From positions 11,780,001-11,844,000 of the forward strand of contig CDPCPM010000029.1 of assembly GCA_976551045.1 (NCBI GenBank): a stretch of 64,000 nucleotides of DNA, in the 5' to 3' direction. Origin of the DNA: Glaucostegus cemiculus. Taxonomy: Eukaryota. The position numbers and the translations under genes are program-made. Shown in pieces: positions 1 to 12,094 of the stretch (position 1 is its first letter; every line of letters starts with the position of its first letter). The notes under the pieces are model-generated. The model did not search any database. It was given only the letters and a program-made list of their open reading frames with translations, and was not told where the DNA came from.

Positions 1-255
1 TCCCCCTCCCCCACCCACCTACCTTCCCCTCTCACCTGAACCCTATCACCTGCCTGCATGTGCTCCTCCCCTCACCCCCCCCCCCCTTCTTATTCTGGCT
101 TCTACCCTCTTCCTTTCCAGTCCTGATGAAGGATCTTGGCCCGAAATGTCGACTGTTTATTTCCCTCCAGAGATGCTGCCTGACCCGCTGAATTCCTCCA
201 GCACTTTTCGTGTATTGCTCCAGATTCCAGGAACTGCAGAATTTCTTGCGTCTCC
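1..255 (+). mobile_element. Penelope-like (pLTR-derived) short repeat with hammerhead motif
   Basis: Similar to 24940-25102 and 2978-3070. Contains CAGTC-CTGATGA-AGGATCTTGGCCC-GAAATGTC-GACTG. Confidence 0.7.
118..155 (+). ncRNA. Minimal type I hammerhead ribozyme motif (ACGU palindrome decayed to AUGU)
   Basis: Stem I CAGTC/GACTG, core CTGATGA (123-129), short stem II, GAAA (143-146), UC cleavage site (149-150). Confidence 0.65.
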
Positions 256-2504
256 GCTAAGGTTTAAGGTCAGCTGTGATCTAATTGAATGACAGAGCAG
301 GTATGAGGGGCAGATTCACCTGCTCGCCCTTCTATTTCTTATGAACCTTCCAGAATCCTATCAGTTTGCCGGCAATTATCTTGGTGAAAGCTTTCAGTTG
401 GTATACTATCTTTAATTCAGTTCTCTTATTTGCTGCTCAGGACAAATTCTTTTGTTCTTTAAACCTTTAGTTACATTGTGAGATCCTGATAATGGCTCTG
501 GTGTAACCCTTTGTCTCACTTCCTTCCCATCAGAACCATATCTCATCCTTGCCACAAGAAAAATTGTCAACAAAGTACACCAGAAGCACAAAAAGTTTCC
601 CTGTTTAAAGAAAAACAAGTTGCATCAAAATCACGATGATGCTGGAGGAACAGCTTGCTGAGTTCTTCCAGCACTATTGTGTTTTTCATCTAGGTTCCAG
701 CACTACAGTCCTTTGTTTCTCTTGCATCAAAATCAAATGGGCAGTAAAAGCACGTTTTCAAACTAAATGTTGTAGATTAACCATTGCTTCACAGATATCA
801 GATTCTGAGAAGTATTATCTGATACCATGATAATGCAGCAAAACAAATGTAGTCATAATAGCATCAGAAGCAGGGAGGTCTGAAGCAAGCCTCAAGGTTT
901 GAATTGAAATATGTGGGTTGGGGGGGGGCAATTAAAATTGGATGAATGAAGATTTCTCCCCCTCCAATTCTGTCTTGCCTTTCCTTCATGAACCATACTA
1001 CGTCTGCGCTGTATCCTATAGAGCCACAGTGTAAGAAACGCAAGGCGCTTTCCTAACCTTGCCATGTGTTAGGGCAATCCTCTCAATGCAAGCAGTATCA
1101 ACACCACACCTGCACCACTGGAGCCTGACTTCCCACCTTCTTTCAGACCAGGACTGCTCTGTTGTGCAATAAGAACAACAACAAGGTTTCTGTCACTGCC
1201 ACAGTCCATCACAATCACCACAGCTCCAATCCCTAAATTTTGATGTCCTCTCACGTTCCTGGGACAGCTAAACATCTACTTAACTCCAACCTCAAATATT
1301 TACTTTATCACTTTGCTCGTTGCCCAACATTTTGGAAAGTAAGAAAGAAGCTTGCTACTTACTTGCACATTACATAAGGCAGAACATCATTCACTATCAA
1401 TCTTCACAATGTAATAAAATCCTCGAATATAGTCCATAGAGCCTGAAAGTCTAATACAATCCCATTGTTCCTTTACTGCCCATGAACATCCTGTTTTTAA
1501 CCCTTTTGAGATCAAGGCTTAGCAATCCAAGGTTTCAAAGTCCATTTTCTTGGATCATTTTCTGATGTAAAACCCCCTCCCATCCCTCTCCCCTGCTCCC
1601 TAGCTCCGGTCCTACCATGGCTGGTGTTGTTCCCAAACCCATTAGGCACCTGTGAAGATTGGATCTCTTGCCTGAGTAAGACTCCTGCCTCATCCTGCTT
1701 CTAGCTGCTGCTTACTTCCCTCTTCCCATTCCAAATAGAGTCCACAAAAATTCTCCTCCCATCATGTTCAAGTTACCAAGATGTTGGCCTTGGTGCCTTT
1801 ACTACCAAAGGTCCTCCAGGTCCTTACCAAAGGCCAGCCACCTTTTAAAGAAGGTGAGGCATCTTCCACCCCACAGAGCTGGAGCAGAAGCAAGTTATCC
1901 TTAACGGTGAGGAGCTGGCTAAAAAGAACAATCAAACCACTTCATCCCTCGCCCACTGCTCTGTTACCTAACCGCACCTCTAGTACAATGCCATTCTGCT
2001 CAGGAAGAAGAGTATTCATTGCTGCGCAAATATGTAATAATAATCAGGGTCGCAGGTGCGCAATGTCTATGGAGCCAGATTTAGTTTGAGCTGAATATAT
2101 TGGGAATATAATGTTTCTAGAATACTATGTAATAAAATGTTGTTTGACTAAATTACATCAGATTGATCACCTTGATAATTAGGTTGTACATTGCTGACAA
2201 TGAAACAGTGTATGCTGTGACTCCTTTTCTCCCTTTGGCAAAGTGATCAGTTGTAAGGCATCCCCATCTCTGCAATTCCATATCCATGGTAACTGTTAGA
2301 GATACTTTATGTTGCCAACGCTTCAGTTGATATTGTAAGTTAGTGATCAATCTTCATTTGTGAACCTTGTAAGTGTTGCTAGATTGAACAGTCGAGGTCA
2401 GCCCTGCTCAGCATAATCCTGGATTTAACCAAAAATCAGGTTTTTCTGAGTCACAGGCTGGTGATGATGATCACAAGCCTTATTCTGGTAATGGTAGTTG
2501 CTCA

Positions 2505-2670
2505 TAAGATGCTGGAGGAACTCAGCGGGTCAGGCAGTATCTGTGAAGTAGACAGTCAGCGATCGAGGTTGAGATCCATTTTCCTTCATGGAAGCTGCCT
2601 GACCCACTGAGTTCCTCCCATATCTTGTGTGTTGCTCCAGCTTCCAGCATCTGTAGTCTCCTGTGTCTCC
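2505..2670. mobile_element. Degenerate foldback copy of the Penelope-like repeat
   Basis: Inverted arms ggaggaactcagcgggtcaggcag and ctgcctgacccactgagttcctcc. Confidence 0.65.
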
Positions 2671-2852
2671 ATTTGGATCACTACTGCCCTCTTTCTCCTT
2701 CCTTTTCAAATAAAGGTGTCTGTGTGAACCCCCGTGCTTCTCTTGTGACTCTGCTTGAGATTGGCAGGGTTGTACAATTTAAGAGCAGAGCACTTAACTT
2801 CTGAGGGATAAGATAAAGTTAAAAAGAAAAAAAGTGGTAATATGTAGATGCT

Positions 2853-3072
2853 GATACAAGACTGCAGATGCTGGAAATCTGGAGCAACACACACAAAATG
2901 CTGGAAGAACTCAGCAGGTCTGACAGGATCTATGGAGGGAAATGAACAGTCGACATTTCGGGCCGAGACCCTTCATGAGTCCTGATGAAGGGTCTCGGCC
3001 TGAAACGTAGACTGTTCATTTCTCTCCATAAATGCTGCCTGACCTGCTGAGTTCCTCTATGTTTTGTGTGAA
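2853..3072. mobile_element. Foldback Penelope-like repeat with roughly 90-bp inverted arms
   Basis: 2889-2976 is the reverse complement of 2984-3070, centred on cttcatgagtcctgatgaag. Confidence 0.75.
2978..3013 (+). ncRNA. Minimal type I hammerhead ribozyme motif, core intact
   Basis: AGTC-CTGATGA-A-GGG-TCTCGG-CCT-GAAA-CGT-A-GACT. Stem I AGTC/GACT, palindromic ACGU, UA cleavage site. Confidence 0.7.
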
Positions 3073-3344
3073 TGTGTAGATGCTGAAGTGTTCTTGGATA
3101 TACTGAATCTAGGGAACTGTAGCCTGATTTGGTTGCATTATACACTTGTGCGAATGGCTAAGCATTGTATATACATTTGTTTCGGAGTTTAATGACTGAG
3201 CAGAATCTTAACCCCACCTTCTCACCTGGGCCTGTGATTGGTTGACTTCTGCAAGGTGTGAACTTGATGAGTGAGGTTTCATTTCATGGTTTGATGCATT
3301 TTGCATGCAAAGCCCCATAATCATTTTGGGAAATCAGTAACATG

Positions 3345-3660
3345 GTTAAGTTATTGGATGAATAGCTAGAGGCCTGTACTGTTGATCAAGAGACATGAAA
3401 TTCAATTCCCAACATGACAGCTGGGGAACTTAAATTTGGGAAATTAAAATGTATAAATAAATCCAGTGTAGGTGATGCTAATGGACTGTTGTAAATCCCC
3501 ATCTGGTTCACTCAGGAAAAGAACTCAGCTGCCCTTACTTGGTCTGAGCTAAATATGACTCCAGACTCGCCAATGTGTTTGATTCTTAAGTACAGTCTGA
3601 GTTGGCCCAGCAAAGTACTCTCATTAGTGGGCAGTTGGGAATGGGCAATAAATGCTATTC
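3345..3660 (+). mobile_element. Old SINE sharing a 3' tail with the LINE family at 12095 (related copies about 18170-18530, 33190-33510 on the - strand, 47800-48030)
   Basis: Recurring catctggttcact...ggtctg...gactccagac...aatgtg..gactctta...gggcaataaatgct. The tail is complementary to the start of 12095-12170 and 61925-61980. Confidence 0.55.
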
Positions 3661-3837
3661 GGATTAAGAAATAAAATTTGCAGTTAGTCTTTTTTTTGCT
3701 TTGCATCTGTGTCAGTGGAATTGTTATTCTGATGCTTTGCAAAGCCACCCAGATTTAATAATTCCAGAGGTGTTCTGCCCTAGTAAGGGGTACGCGGAAC
3801 TTTGGCCTCCACGGAAAATGAAAACCAAAATAAAACC

Positions 3838-3995
3838 CTGCAGATTCTGGAACTCGGAATCAAAAACAGAAAATGCTGGAAATACACGGCAGATCTGACA
3901 ATAAGTCTTCAGCTTGAAATGTTTACTGGTTCTCTTCCCACAGATGATCCCTGACCTACTGAATGTTTCCAGATTTTTCTGGGTTTTTTTTTGTT
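3838..3995. mobile_element. Degenerate Penelope-like foldback remnant (others near 635-725, 5245-5420, 9995-10135, 15030-15235, 22320-22420, 24035-24120, 39965-40075)
   Basis: Recurring aaatgctgga...ctcagcaggtcaggcagcatctgtgg motif and its reverse complement. Confidence 0.55.
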
Positions 3996-5429
3996 TTGAT
4001 CTCCAAAGCCATGGGCAAGTTGGCACATTCCTCCTTTTTTTTCCTTCAAACAAAAGATAGAAATTGTCTTCCATTTAGGGTAATATGATCTTGGGAGAAC
4101 CAGGGCTGTTTCCAGCATGAACGCCTTGTGGTCACCACTACTCCTACATTTACTTTGCTTCTGGGCTGATATCAGCAGTGAGGTCATAGCATGTGCGCTC
4201 ATGATGTAAAAATAGCAGAAATCCTGGGTGGGATGGGATGAGGATGGAGGTAGATGGTGGTTGAAAGGGAGATCGGGGTTTCTGGAGATGGGGACCAGAG
4301 ATGTGGGCTTGCTGTGACACTGGCTACCTTCTTCCTCTGTTCCAGGTTACCTGTAGGACACAATGAACCATCTCCTGCCGAACCACCAGCAGATGTTGCT
4401 TCCATTGATCTTGAGCGAATTGTCTGGCATTCCTGAACCCTCCCCAATTTCTAAACAGTAGTCCTCCACTCTCCAACACCAGCCTTCCACTCCACCACCC
4501 CAATAATCCTTTACTACAGTAAGACTTCGATAATCCTACACACTCTGCACTTTGGAGATGCCAGATTAGCACATTTTCCAGACTATTGCATGTTATTCAC
4601 AAGATATTAATAACCCAACATATTTTAATTTCACTTTTTAGATATTAGACAGTATTATGATAAATTTCCCAGTGGACCAAGCTTAAAAGGAATGTGGGAA
4701 ACAGAACCCTACTCAATTGAAAGAGAGCAAGGGAAGTTGTTTCTGTCATTTTTCATTGGAAAGGAAATTGTGAAAGGACTGCCTGACCTGATTTGCTTAT
4801 ATCATTGATAGTCTCAAGAGCAGCACCCGTAAACCTCCTAAAGGAGCAAACCCCAGGGGCTTTCAAATCTGTTGTCTGCCCCCAACATTGATTTGAAATG
4901 AAGCAAATGTTAATGAACTGAATAAATAAGTCTTGCTGTTAAGCCCCAGTCAAATGGATATCTTAACTTTATGGGTCATTGATATTCTTATTTTGAAAGC
5001 GAGTGACACAAGCACGGGTTTCGCAGAAAGCGAGAAGAATTTGTAACGGGGGTGTGTGGCTGGAATGTGATCATCTGTCAGTGAATAAACAAGTCTTACT
5101 GTTAAGCCCCAATCAAATAGATATCTTTCCTATTGGAACTTGGGTGGGTGGAGTGGGGAAGGGGAAGGGGTGGACCTCTTAACTAGCCCACGTTTTCCAA
5201 GTCATGGATTATTCGTCACAGGAAGGAGACTGGGATATAAGAAATAAAACCCAAAAAGTGTTGGAAATGCTCACCAGATCAGACAATGTTTGTGGGAAGA
5301 GAAAGCCATTAACATTTCAGGTCAGAGGCCCTTTATTAGGACTGGAAAAGAGATACAAGTAAGAGAATACAAGTTAGTTTTCAGTAACGGACAATATGGG
5401 GGAGGGATGGAGAAGACAAAGGGAATATC

Positions 5430-6090
5430 ACTGATTTGTTACCTTTTAAAGGCAAAGGCAACTACTGAAAACTATATTGGCCTTCAATGCAAGAGACTTT
5501 GCATCGAGGAGCAAGAATGTTATACTACAGTTACACAGGGTGTTGGTGAAATCACATCTGGAGTACTGGGTGCAGTTTTGATCCCCTAAGCTAAGAAGGG
5601 ATATATTTGCCATAGACTGAGTACTTACCAGACTGACTCCTAAGAAGCCTGGACTTGTCGTATAAGGAGAGATTGGGTTGACTTCGTATGCACTGGACTT
5701 CAAAAGAATGGGAGAAAATCTCATCAAAACGTACAAAATTCTGACGAGGCTCAACAGGTTGGATGTAGAGAGGATGTTTCTGCTGGCTGGGCTGATCTAG
5801 AACTAAGAGTCACAGCTTCTGGGTGATGGGTAAGACACTTAAGACTTGGATGAGGAGAAACTTCTTCACATAGGGCATGGTGAACCTGTGGAATTCTTCA
5901 CTGTAGAAGGCAGTGGAGGCAAAGTCACTGAATATAGTTAAGAAATGGGTAGATTTGTAGAAACTGGCATTAAGCAGTTTGGAAAGATAGCAAACATTTG
6001 GTATTGAGATAGAGAATCAGCACAATTGTATTGAATGGTAGAACAGGCTTGAAGGGCCAAATGACCTATGTCTACTTTTTCTCTGTTTCC
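5430..6090 (+). mobile_element. CR1-clade LINE 3' fragment, degenerate
   Basis: Remnant LVKSHLEYW(VQFW..) frame, ggatgaggagaaacttcttcacatagggcatggtgaacctgtggaatt, and tail gcttgaagggccaaatgacct. Confidence 0.75.
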
Positions 6091-6399
6091 TTACTTTTTA
6101 GAAGGGATCAGAGTTCTCTAGACTGAAGTATTATATGTGTTTCAATTCTTATTTTTTTAGTCCGAGTACAAAGTGTACTGTCTGTTTGATGAGGTAACAA
6201 ACATGAATTCTAAAAAGCTCCATATTTCTAGCATTTTTACTTTCATTTAATTTGGGCACGCTGCTTGTTTAAATTCTGTGTCATTCATCAAAATCCTTTG
6301 TGTTTTCCCTTTCCTAATTACTGCCTTAAAGACTTTTCTTTGGCAAATCTGAAGATTTAATTACCCTTTCTTGGTCTGCAGATATTTTAGAGATTGATT

Positions 6400-6845
6400 T
6401 ATCAGCTATATGACTCACAATGCCATTTGAAAGTGTAACACCATCCGCCAGCAGAGGTCTTTGCATGGCATTTGCTGTCGTGTGTTTACACAAGGCTGTC
6501 AAGCAAGAAGTTCCACATCTCGCAGGCTTCCTGACTAATATGCAAAGTGCTTCTCTGTTCGATGTGGGCGGGAGTTTCTCTCGCAGCCTAAACACGGTCT
6601 CTTTACAAAGTGCAGTTTAAAAGGCTGCTGAAAGTCCGATTATGAAAGGCAAGGGTGGGGAAGTGGGATGATGACCTCATGCATAAGGAAAGCTGGGATT
6701 CGTACAAACTGCTCCATGAAGCTGCAGCCACTTTGTGTTTGATTTAAGTTTGAAAGGAAAGCCCGCTCCACACGTCTGCTCCGTCCAATGTAACTAAAGG
6801 TGTATCCTTTACTTTATGAGAGAAGGGTAGCTGAAAACTTGTGGA
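6400..6845 (+). promoter_or_regulatory. Candidate intronic alternative promoter / 5' UTR
   Basis: Repeat-free stretch before the candidate first exon. Motifs: AP-1 TGACTCA (6411), forkhead TGTTTAC (6483), GC box GGGCGGG (6566) overlapping NF-kB-like GGGAGTTTCT, TATA-like TTTAAAA (6616), CRE-like ATGACCTCAT (6671). Motif evidence only. Confidence 0.4.
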
Positions 6846-6875
6846 ATGTCACCATTGTTCAGCTGGGTGGCTAAG
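6846..6875 (+). CDS. TBC1D1: Candidate alternative first coding exon of TBC1D1 (MSPLFSWVAK), phase 0
   Basis: ggaATGt start with a purine at -3, ten codons, then a near-consensus donor AAG|gtaaga. Phase 0 joins exon 35776 in frame. It sits in apparently non-repetitive sequence. Confidence 0.6.
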
Positions 6876-7959
6876 GTAAGAATTAATCCTATAAAACTTT
6901 GTTTGCAGTGAAACAAATTTCTCTATTGTTTAATGGCTACACTGGGCTGATGTGTATTGGAGCTTCTTAACCTTTTTACAGACTATTTTTACTAATACAT
7001 TTTGTTTTCTGAGGCCTACACTTTCCCCAGTGTTTGTCTTGACTTTGAATTAGCTGATAGAGAATGAATAAAGAATTTGTATCTCACATGATGCAATAGA
7101 AGTTGTAAGGTATTTAAGCCTGTGAACAAAGGATGATTGGACCTTTGCAGTACTTGGATCTAATTAGCTTTGCTTGGGTCCTCCTATGAACAGATTTCTT
7201 AACCCAAGTCTGAAGTTAAAATGAGACTTCATTTGTTTTGAATTAAAAAGATATCTTGATATTGCTTTTTCAGGTTATGACTTTGAATTTGAATATGGCT
7301 TTGGTTAATCTTAATGTTAAGAATTCCATTCAAGGCTTGTGTTTATTCCTACTACATTGCATTGGTTGAGGTTCAGTAGCTTGTGGATCAAATATAAATA
7401 TATTTTTTTAATGTATGCATGGACTGCCTATGTTGGAATCCACAGCAGGTGACCAGGAAAAATGTTGTCAGCAACATGGAAGTGAATACTGTTAAACATC
7501 TGAGATCCAAGATTTTAATCCTTGTGCCCTGAAGTGCTTGCAATGGAGATCAAGTATTTCAACATACAATTCAACATAAAAGGAGAAGAGGAATTGTTGG
7601 GAGAGATGAGTGAGTCAAGGATAGAGATGAATGCTCTGAAATTGGAAAAGGAATTCCAAAGGGCTGCAATGATTGAAGGTTCACTGTAAATGATAAACAG
7701 AGTGGAGCATTTGGGAGGTGTAAAGTGGTCAGGGAAATGGAGAAACAATTCACAGCATCCTGGAGGAATTCAATGGGTTTACACTGGAATGCAGGGCTGG
7801 AAGCTTGCTTAAACAGAGAGGGATTTGTAGAAGACTCTGACATTAATTGGGGAATGTAGTTGGCCAAAAAAAATGGCTTGACTAGAAAGTCTTTTCTGTT
7901 CCAGGTGTTCATTGTATTGCACATGGCTGTGTTGGATTGCACTCAAGATTTAAACCAGC

Positions 7960-8398
7960 CAAAGTGTCTTATGAGGATAGGTTGAGCGAGCTAGGGCTTT
8001 TCTCTTTGGAGAGAAGGAGGATAGGAGGTGACTTGATAGAGATGTACAAGATGATAAGGGGCATAGATCGAGTGGACAGTCAGACCTTTTCCCAGTGTGA
8101 CAATGGCTAACATGAGGGGGACATAATTTGACGGTGATTGGAGGAAGGTATAAGGGGCATGTCAAGGGTAAGTTTTTACACAGAGAGTGGTGGGTGCGTG
8201 AAACGCACTGCCTGCAGAGGTTGTGGGGGCAGATACATTAGGGACATTTAAGAGACTCTTAGATAGACACATAAATGATAGAAAAATAGAGGGCTATGTG
8301 GGAGGAAAGGGTTAGATCGATCTTAGAGCAGGGTAAAATGTCAGCACAACATTGTGGGTCAAAGGGCCTGTGCTGTGCTGTAGTGTTCTACGTTCTAA
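7960..8398 (+). mobile_element. CR1-clade (HER1-like) LINE 3' end, relatively young
   Basis: Remnant SYEDRLSELGLFSLE..RGDLIE.YKMIRGIDRVD. Tail aaagggcctgtgctgtgctgtagtgttctacgttcta. Confidence 0.85.
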
Positions 8399-8504
8399 AT
8401 GCTGTATAGAAATCTAGTTGCTCCAGCACAAATTAAAAATGATTTGTGATTTTTAGTAGCTGGGTATGGTGTTGGCCTGACTGTTTTTTTTTTTAAGTTA
8501 TTAC

Positions 8505-9200
8505 ATTTTTGGTATCTGGGCACCACCAGTATTTGTTGAACATTCCAAATTGCCCTTGAGAAGGTGATGGTGATCCATTCTTCTGGGGAAGGTGCCCCCT
8601 TAGTGCTATTGGATAAGAAGTTCCAAGACTTGGACCCAGTGACAATGAAGTAACAGTGATACTTGAAGATCACCTCCTGTAGCGTCCCTTCCATCTGCTC
8701 CTGCCGCTTCTGTTCTTGATGGAAGAACTCATGATGTGGAAGGTGACTGTCAGAAAGTCTGAGGCATAACTGCAGTGCAGTTTGTGGATGGCGTGGTGGT
8801 GGTTGAGGGAATAATTATTTGTGGTGAATGATGGAGTGCCAGTCAGGTGGACTGTATTGTCCTGAATGCTGTCGAGTATCTTGTGAGCGTTATTGGTTGC
8901 ACTTATCCAGGCAAATGGTGAGTATTCCATCACACTCCTGACTTGTGCTTTGTAGTTTTTGCAAAGACATTAGGTTGTCAGAAGCAGTGGCAATTGCAAC
9001 AGAAAACCCAGACCTCCTCTCAGTGCCAGTATTCGTGTGTTGGTCCGGTTGAGTTTCTGGTCATTGGTGACTCACAAGATCTGATGGTATGGGATGGCAA
9101 AGGGTAATGCCATTGAATGTCAAAGGCAGGCAGTAGACTCTTGATGGAGATGGTCATTGCCTGGCACTTGTGGAAACTGACATTTACACCACACGCCAGC
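8505..9200 (-). mobile_element. Non-LTR retrotransposon 3' fragment (CR1/L2 superclade)
   Basis: Minus-strand remnant MEYSPFAWISA...ILDSIQD. Homologous to 12095-12930 and 61925-62380. Confidence 0.7.
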
Positions 9201-11714
9201 CTGTGCCTGTGTATTGTTGCGGTCTTACTGCTGTACTACACCTGGTTCAATTTAATAGCCAAATGGCTATTTAAGGTGGAAATTAACAGGAAAGTACAAA
9301 AATACTCCAGTCATGAAAGGCGGTGGGGCAACATGAGAACAAAAACTTATTTTTAAAATAACATATTGAATGTATGCCCCAAGACTTTGCACAAGATGTC
9401 AAATTGAAAAAAAGGGAGAATATTGAAATATTGACTGCATTTGGGAGCACTGGGTCAGCAGGTATATTATTGTACTTTAATGATAATATGTGGTCTCTTG
9501 GGAGTGAGGATGAGTTGCTTCCAGATTTTCTGGTGATAATGTAAAGTAAATTGAGTGTTATCCAGGTCTGAGAAACATATAGGAGAGTACGGATCACTGC
9601 TGCCTGTTAGATTGTGATTTTTTTTTGCCAGTTCTGAAGTTTTGATCTTTAAGTACTTGTTTCCTCAACTGACCAAAGGCTGTGCTGGTACATTGAGGGC
9701 AATGGTAAATTTCATCATCAATGTCTGCCTTCACTGGGAGGTGGCTACTGAGCTAAGTGATGTGGTCTACATTTTCTAGGGTCCAACTGTGAGCCTTTGT
9801 TGTCAGAAAATAAGTGTCCTCTACCAATTTGGCCCTTCTACACCACACATTGTGGTTCCTCATTACATAGGGTTCCTTGTCTATTGAGAAACATCAGTAG
9901 TGTTTTGCTGGGCTTGGGTACTTGAATGGCTGCAAGCAAAAAGAGAGAAAAGCTGAGTGTGAGTGAAGCCAGGAGTCAAATCCTCCAGCAATAAACCAAA
10001 CCTGATGAAGGAACTCGGCAGGTCAGGCAGCATCTGTGGAGGGAAAAAGACAGTTGACGTTGCCGCCTGGCCCACCGAGTTTCTCCAGCAGTTTGTTTTG
10101 TGCTCTAGGTTCCAGCATCTGCAGTCCCTTGTGCCATCAAATTCTCCAGGGTTTTGATGCCTGTTGGGGAAAGGGCAGTAGATATATTGGCCTGGGGCAA
10201 GTGAATGCAGGAGCTTCAGCGTTTTAGTTGGCTTTTGCTTTGCTGGTACTGCTGCTGAAAATCTTGAGATAAAGTTGGGGCTAGGGAAGAAAGGAGCTGA
10301 GTGATTGTTCAATATAAAAGAAGTTAGTTAAGATGTGGAGGAAGCTGGGATGATGAATGAACAGTTGGACAAAGGTTGTGGTGAAAGAGCTGAATGGAAT
10401 TTGTGTTTTGTCTGAGTATTAACATCAAGGATGTGTTTTGCACAGCAGGGGAAGAGGATAAATGTGCCTTCTGGGTATTTTAAGGAAAAGTTGCTAAAAG
10501 AATATAAGTTCTTTATGTCCTTGGGATGTGTAATACTCAATTAATTTTGCTCTATTTCACCTGGATATTTTCAGCAACATGTGGCACTTAGGAGGATATA
10601 ATGAAGTTTCAGTGGAAAGTTAAAAGGCTGGTACCAGAATTCAAAAGGTATAATTACCAACTAAGATTGGATGAAGTAAAGTGTAAGAAAATTTGTTAGA
10701 GCAAAAATGCTGAATTGGTTTGAAAGTCCCATTTCTGTGCTGTAAATTTTCCATCATTCTAGCAGATAGGGCAAGAAGGAAGCCCTGAATTGGTTGGTTA
10801 ATTTGTGGCAGAATTGAACTTTTGTACATGGTGTGAATCATCCTGATATGTGTGGAATCTAAACTTCTGAGGGAATGATCTGCATTGAATGAATATGATC
10901 TCAAGTCTTTTCTGGATGGAGTTGAACTAAGGAGATCCACTTGGGGGACTTTGAATGGGGGAGGGTAAGGGAGTGCGGAAATTCTGAGCAAACTGAAAAC
11001 CACCTTCTCGACTGATATTTTTAGGGAGTGTTTTGAGAGGTTCTCATTGGTTCCCTCTTCTATAAGCAGGAGTTTTGGTGCTTTTTAATCTGGACTTTTT
11101 TTCTTAAAATGTCGAATCCAGAATTCTTGTGCTGCTATTTAAAATTCCTTGTGGCTTTGACTCCTGTCTTAGGCTCTCTGTTGTCCTTGACTTTAAGCCC
11201 ATGATCACCCCCCACACCAGTGTCCCTGTGATTGGCAACTGTGATTTCATTTGCTCCGTTCTGTCTAATTTTCTCTTAAATCTCCATGCTTGCCCATTTC
11301 CCTCTTGTCAAGAATCTGCTTTTAAACAAAAAAACTTGTAACTTTGACCAAATCTCCAAATATCTCTGGCTTTGAAATGTTCACGTATATTGTCACGACT
11401 TTGTGAAGGGCATTAGCATGTTTTCCTGTACTGAAGTGCTACATTGGTGCACCAGTTTGAATTGCCATGGGCGATATTGTTCATTGTGGCATGTGCACTT
11501 ACTGAGGGATTCGAGCTTGTGATCTTTCTTGCCTCGGATGTGGAATCTTTGACTTGTCAGGGCAGGCTGAATTCTCAGCTGCTGATGGAAAATATGGCTG
11601 GAAGTATTCCATTTCTGGATGCTGAAGTGTTACTGAATCAAGCAGTTTAGTCTCTCTGGACAAGCAAACGTGTAGATTTCATATATTTCACTTTTCTTTA
11701 CGACATGAAATTGA

Positions 11715-12010
11715 GCTAAATGCGTCCATGCCAGCTCTGAGCATTCCCATCAGCCCCATTCCTCCACTTACTTTCCTGTACCCTATTCTCCCCCATTTGC
11801 CCATCAACTTCACCCTATTCTCCTTCCACTGGGGACAATTTACAGTGACCTAACATACCTTTTTGAAGTGTGGGAGGAAACTGGAGCATTCAGAGGGGAA
11901 ACCCATACTGTCAGAGGGAGAATGTGCAAACTTTACACAGACGGCACCCAAGGTAAGGATCAACATGGGTCACCCGAGCTAGGTAGCACTGGCTCCAAGT
12001 GTTGCAACAC
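11715..12010 (-). mobile_element. Old V-SINE
   Basis: tgtgggaggaaactggagca...gggagaatgtgcaaact is the reverse complement of the V domain. Confidence 0.7.
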
Positions 12011-12094
12011 TGGGGAAACTGTCATCCAAACCAATCAGTGTAAAGTACTAAAGGGGAGATATTATTTGTCTTCAAAATGGGTGGCAATTCTTTT

